DNA of 57,548 nucleotides from a virus (Duplodnaviria > Heunggongvirae > Uroviricota > Caudoviricetes), in the IMG/VR virus record IMGVR_UViG_3300008107_000002, one strand, 5' to 3'. How positions within the stretch are numbered: position 1 is the first letter of the stretch; every line of letters begins with the position of its first letter. Under the pieces are notes generated by a model. The model had not been told where the DNA came from. It did no database searches and saw nothing but the letters and a program-made list of their open reading frames with translations. The position numbers were made by a program, and so were the translations under genes. Below, in pieces: positions 55,872 through 57,548 of the stretch.

Positions 55872-55884
55872 GAGTAATTTCAAA

Positions 55885-57066
55885 TTACTTGAAGCTTACT
55901 GTTGCGCTAGTGATAGCAACTTTACCTAGGTAGTCAGCGGCATTACCTAGAGAAGAAGCAGTATTGTTCAACTCTACATAACCGTAACGTGTTAGGAAGC
56001 CAACTACTGGCTCGAATGTTGCTGGGTCAAGAACAACACCAGAAGACATTAGAGGAATGTATGGGCAATAGAACGCGGCAGCATCTGCTTCGCTAGTACC
56101 TTTGTATCCAACTAATACTTGGTTGTTGTCATCGCTGTCTGTCTTATATGCGTCAACATAAATTCTCATTGCGCCATTCAATGTACCAACAAACTTGGTG
56201 TTTGTAGGAGCTTCGAATGTACCTTCTGTTGTTCTTGCGAACGCAGAAGTTGTAGCACTTTGTAGAATTGTAAGAGCTTGGTTAGAAACAACAGCCCAGT
56301 TAGCCGCACCACGACGTGTACGCTGAGCAATTAAGTTAGCAACACGGTTGATTTGGATAGCTAGAGCGGCATGCTCATCACCTACGAACGTAGCTGTACC
56401 AGAAACTAGTGACTGGTCATATGTTTGCTCAACTGAAGCTAGAGTACGTAGAGATTGTAGAATCTCTTGGTCAATTTCAGCAGTGATTTCTTGTGCTAGA
56501 GCAGCCATGATTTCTGCTTCGATGTCAATACCTTGCATGGCTTGTGCATCTTGTGCAGCCTCAAAAGTCCAACGAGCGGATAGCTTGCGGCTTTTCGCTT
56601 CAACTGGAGCTTTCAAGATTTGAATGCTCATACGCTTGCCTGGTTGACCTTCTAGAACAGCAGTGGTGTTAGCCTTTGGTGTTCCATCAACGTTGTTACC
56701 AGAATAAGCGGCAGCAATCTTGAATGGGCTTAATGCCTCATCACCCGCAACTACGCTGTCACCAGATGATGTATCTGCGTAACGTACACGTAGAGTGTGG
56801 ATTTGTCCAACAGGGCCAGTCATTGGCTGAACGCCGATGATTTCGTTGGCAATAACTGTTGGCATAACACGACGGATAACTGGAAGAATAACACGGTTAA
56901 GTGTTGCAATGTTACCGGAGCTTGTTGCACCAGTAGTTGCACTTTCTGCTAGATATCTACGTGTGTTTTCTAAACAAACACTCATGCTCGACTTGCGGGT
57001 ACCGGATAGGCCTTCAAGTAGAGCGTCTTTGGTCTCTGACCATCTTTCATTTAATAGTTGTGACAT
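55885..57066 (-). CDS. gp23: major capsid protein (gp23-like)
   Basis: IRRVMP..IA.EIIGVQPMTGPVGQI, AKSRKLSARWT.EAAQD, FYCPYIPL and TRYG; probable maturation site YLAE/S. Confidence 0.95.
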   Translation of the reverse strand: MSQLLNERWSETKDALLEGLSGTRKSSMSVCLENTRRYLAESATTGATSSGNIATLNRVILPVIRRVMPTVIANEIIGVQPMTGPVGQIHTLRVRYADTSSGDSVVAGDEALSPFKIAAAYSGNNVDGTPKANTTAVLEGQPGKRMSIQILKAPVEAKSRKLSARWTFEAAQDAQAMQGIDIEAEIMAALAQEITAEIDQEILQSLRTLASVEQTYDQSLVSGTATFVGDEHAALAIQINRVANLIAQRTRRGAANWAVVSNQALTILQSATTSAFARTTEGTFEAPTNTKFVGTLNGAMRIYVDAYKTDSDDNNQVLVGYKGTSEADAAAFYCPYIPLMSSGVVLDPATFEPVVGFLTRYGYVELNNTASSLGNAADYLGKVAITSATVSFK

Positions 57067-57088
57067 TTTCTGTCTCCTTGAATATTAA

Positions 57089-57547
57089 TTATTTTAGTCC
57101 CGCTAACTTGCGGATATCTAAAATGTTATCGAAGCCTACCTCTGGCTTGCTCTCTTTATCGCCTGTGATTTCGGTGCTCTCTGTTAAAGCAACTTTTTGA
57201 GTTGTCTTCTTCTTCTCGCCTTCAATTACTGCTGGTAGGTATTTGTCATATGCATCACGAAGTCTGGAAGTTTTTACACTTTCTAACAACGATTGCATAA
57301 CTTCTTTTTTGTCGGCACTTAAAGGTGCTAGCATTTCTGCCATTACAGCTTTGCGCTCCATCAAATCTTTAGTAATGCGAATTTCGCGGTCTTTAGATTC
57401 TACGATAGTGCTTTTTTCTGCTACGACTTGCTTTGCTTCAGCTAATTCTTGATCTTTCTTTTGGATAATCTGTAACAATTTACTTGTTTCGGATTTTTCG
57501 TTAAGGTAAGATGTAGAATATTCTTGGGCAAATGCTTCAAACAGGCG
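57089..57547 (-). CDS. prohead core scaffolding protein (gp22-like), 5'-truncated by the window edge
   Basis: Frame is open to the window end (RLFEAFAQEY...); coiled-coil; directly upstream of the MCP. Confidence 0.75.
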   Translation of the reverse strand, partial: RLFEAFAQEYSTSYLNEKSETSKLLQIIQKKDQELAEAKQVVAEKSTIVESKDREIRITKDLMERKAVMAEMLAPLSADKKEVMQSLLESVKTSRLRDAYDKYLPAVIEGEKKKTTQKVALTESTEITGDKESKPEVGFDNILDIRKLAGLK

Positions 57548-57548
57548 G

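Noticed and set aside
1-57548. Alternative genetic code (stop codon reassignment)
   Set aside because: Core genes are full length and densely packed under the standard code
1-57548. tRNA or rRNA genes, introns, inteins in terminase/helicase/recombinase
   Set aside because: Intergenic gaps are short with no cloverleaf seen, and these proteins have normal lengths without splicing motifs

Overview
AT-rich fragment of a large T4-superfamily (jumbo-type) myophage genome, with most genes on the minus strand. From right to left it carries: scaffold (partial) and gp23-like major capsid; head-decoration and virion genes; a 2352-aa virion protein; a ~1245-aa G-[FY]-x-G-S-x repeat fibre; a Thr-rich fibre; rmlC and an SDR epimerase; NUDIX; gp15/gp14/gp13 neck genes; dNMP kinase; HNH; tail sheath and tube; a plus-strand nucleotide-sugar operon (gmd, nucleotidyltransferase-cupin, ColD-like 3-dehydratase, DUF6165-like, GT9-like); an envelope-protein operon; a methyltransferase; gp54-like and gp4-like genes; a radical SAM enzyme; terminase; internal head proteins; the gp32/UvsX/UvsY/UvsW block; and a 193-aa mini-DnaE. 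Main leads: (1) a candidate virion glycosylation system (3,6-dideoxysugar pathway, glycosyltransferase and Ser/Thr-rich fibres); (2) nine phycobiliprotein-like 'CxRD' repeats in the giant virion protein; (3) a TAAATA late promoter exactly 5 nt before the ATG in several genes, suggesting leaderless late mRNAs; (4) a miniature C-family polymerase core; (5) a Tes/GDGT-MAS-like radical SAM enzyme; (6) a shared 'xxLAG[LIV]' motif on head proteins. All product calls come from motif recognition by eye; no searches were run.
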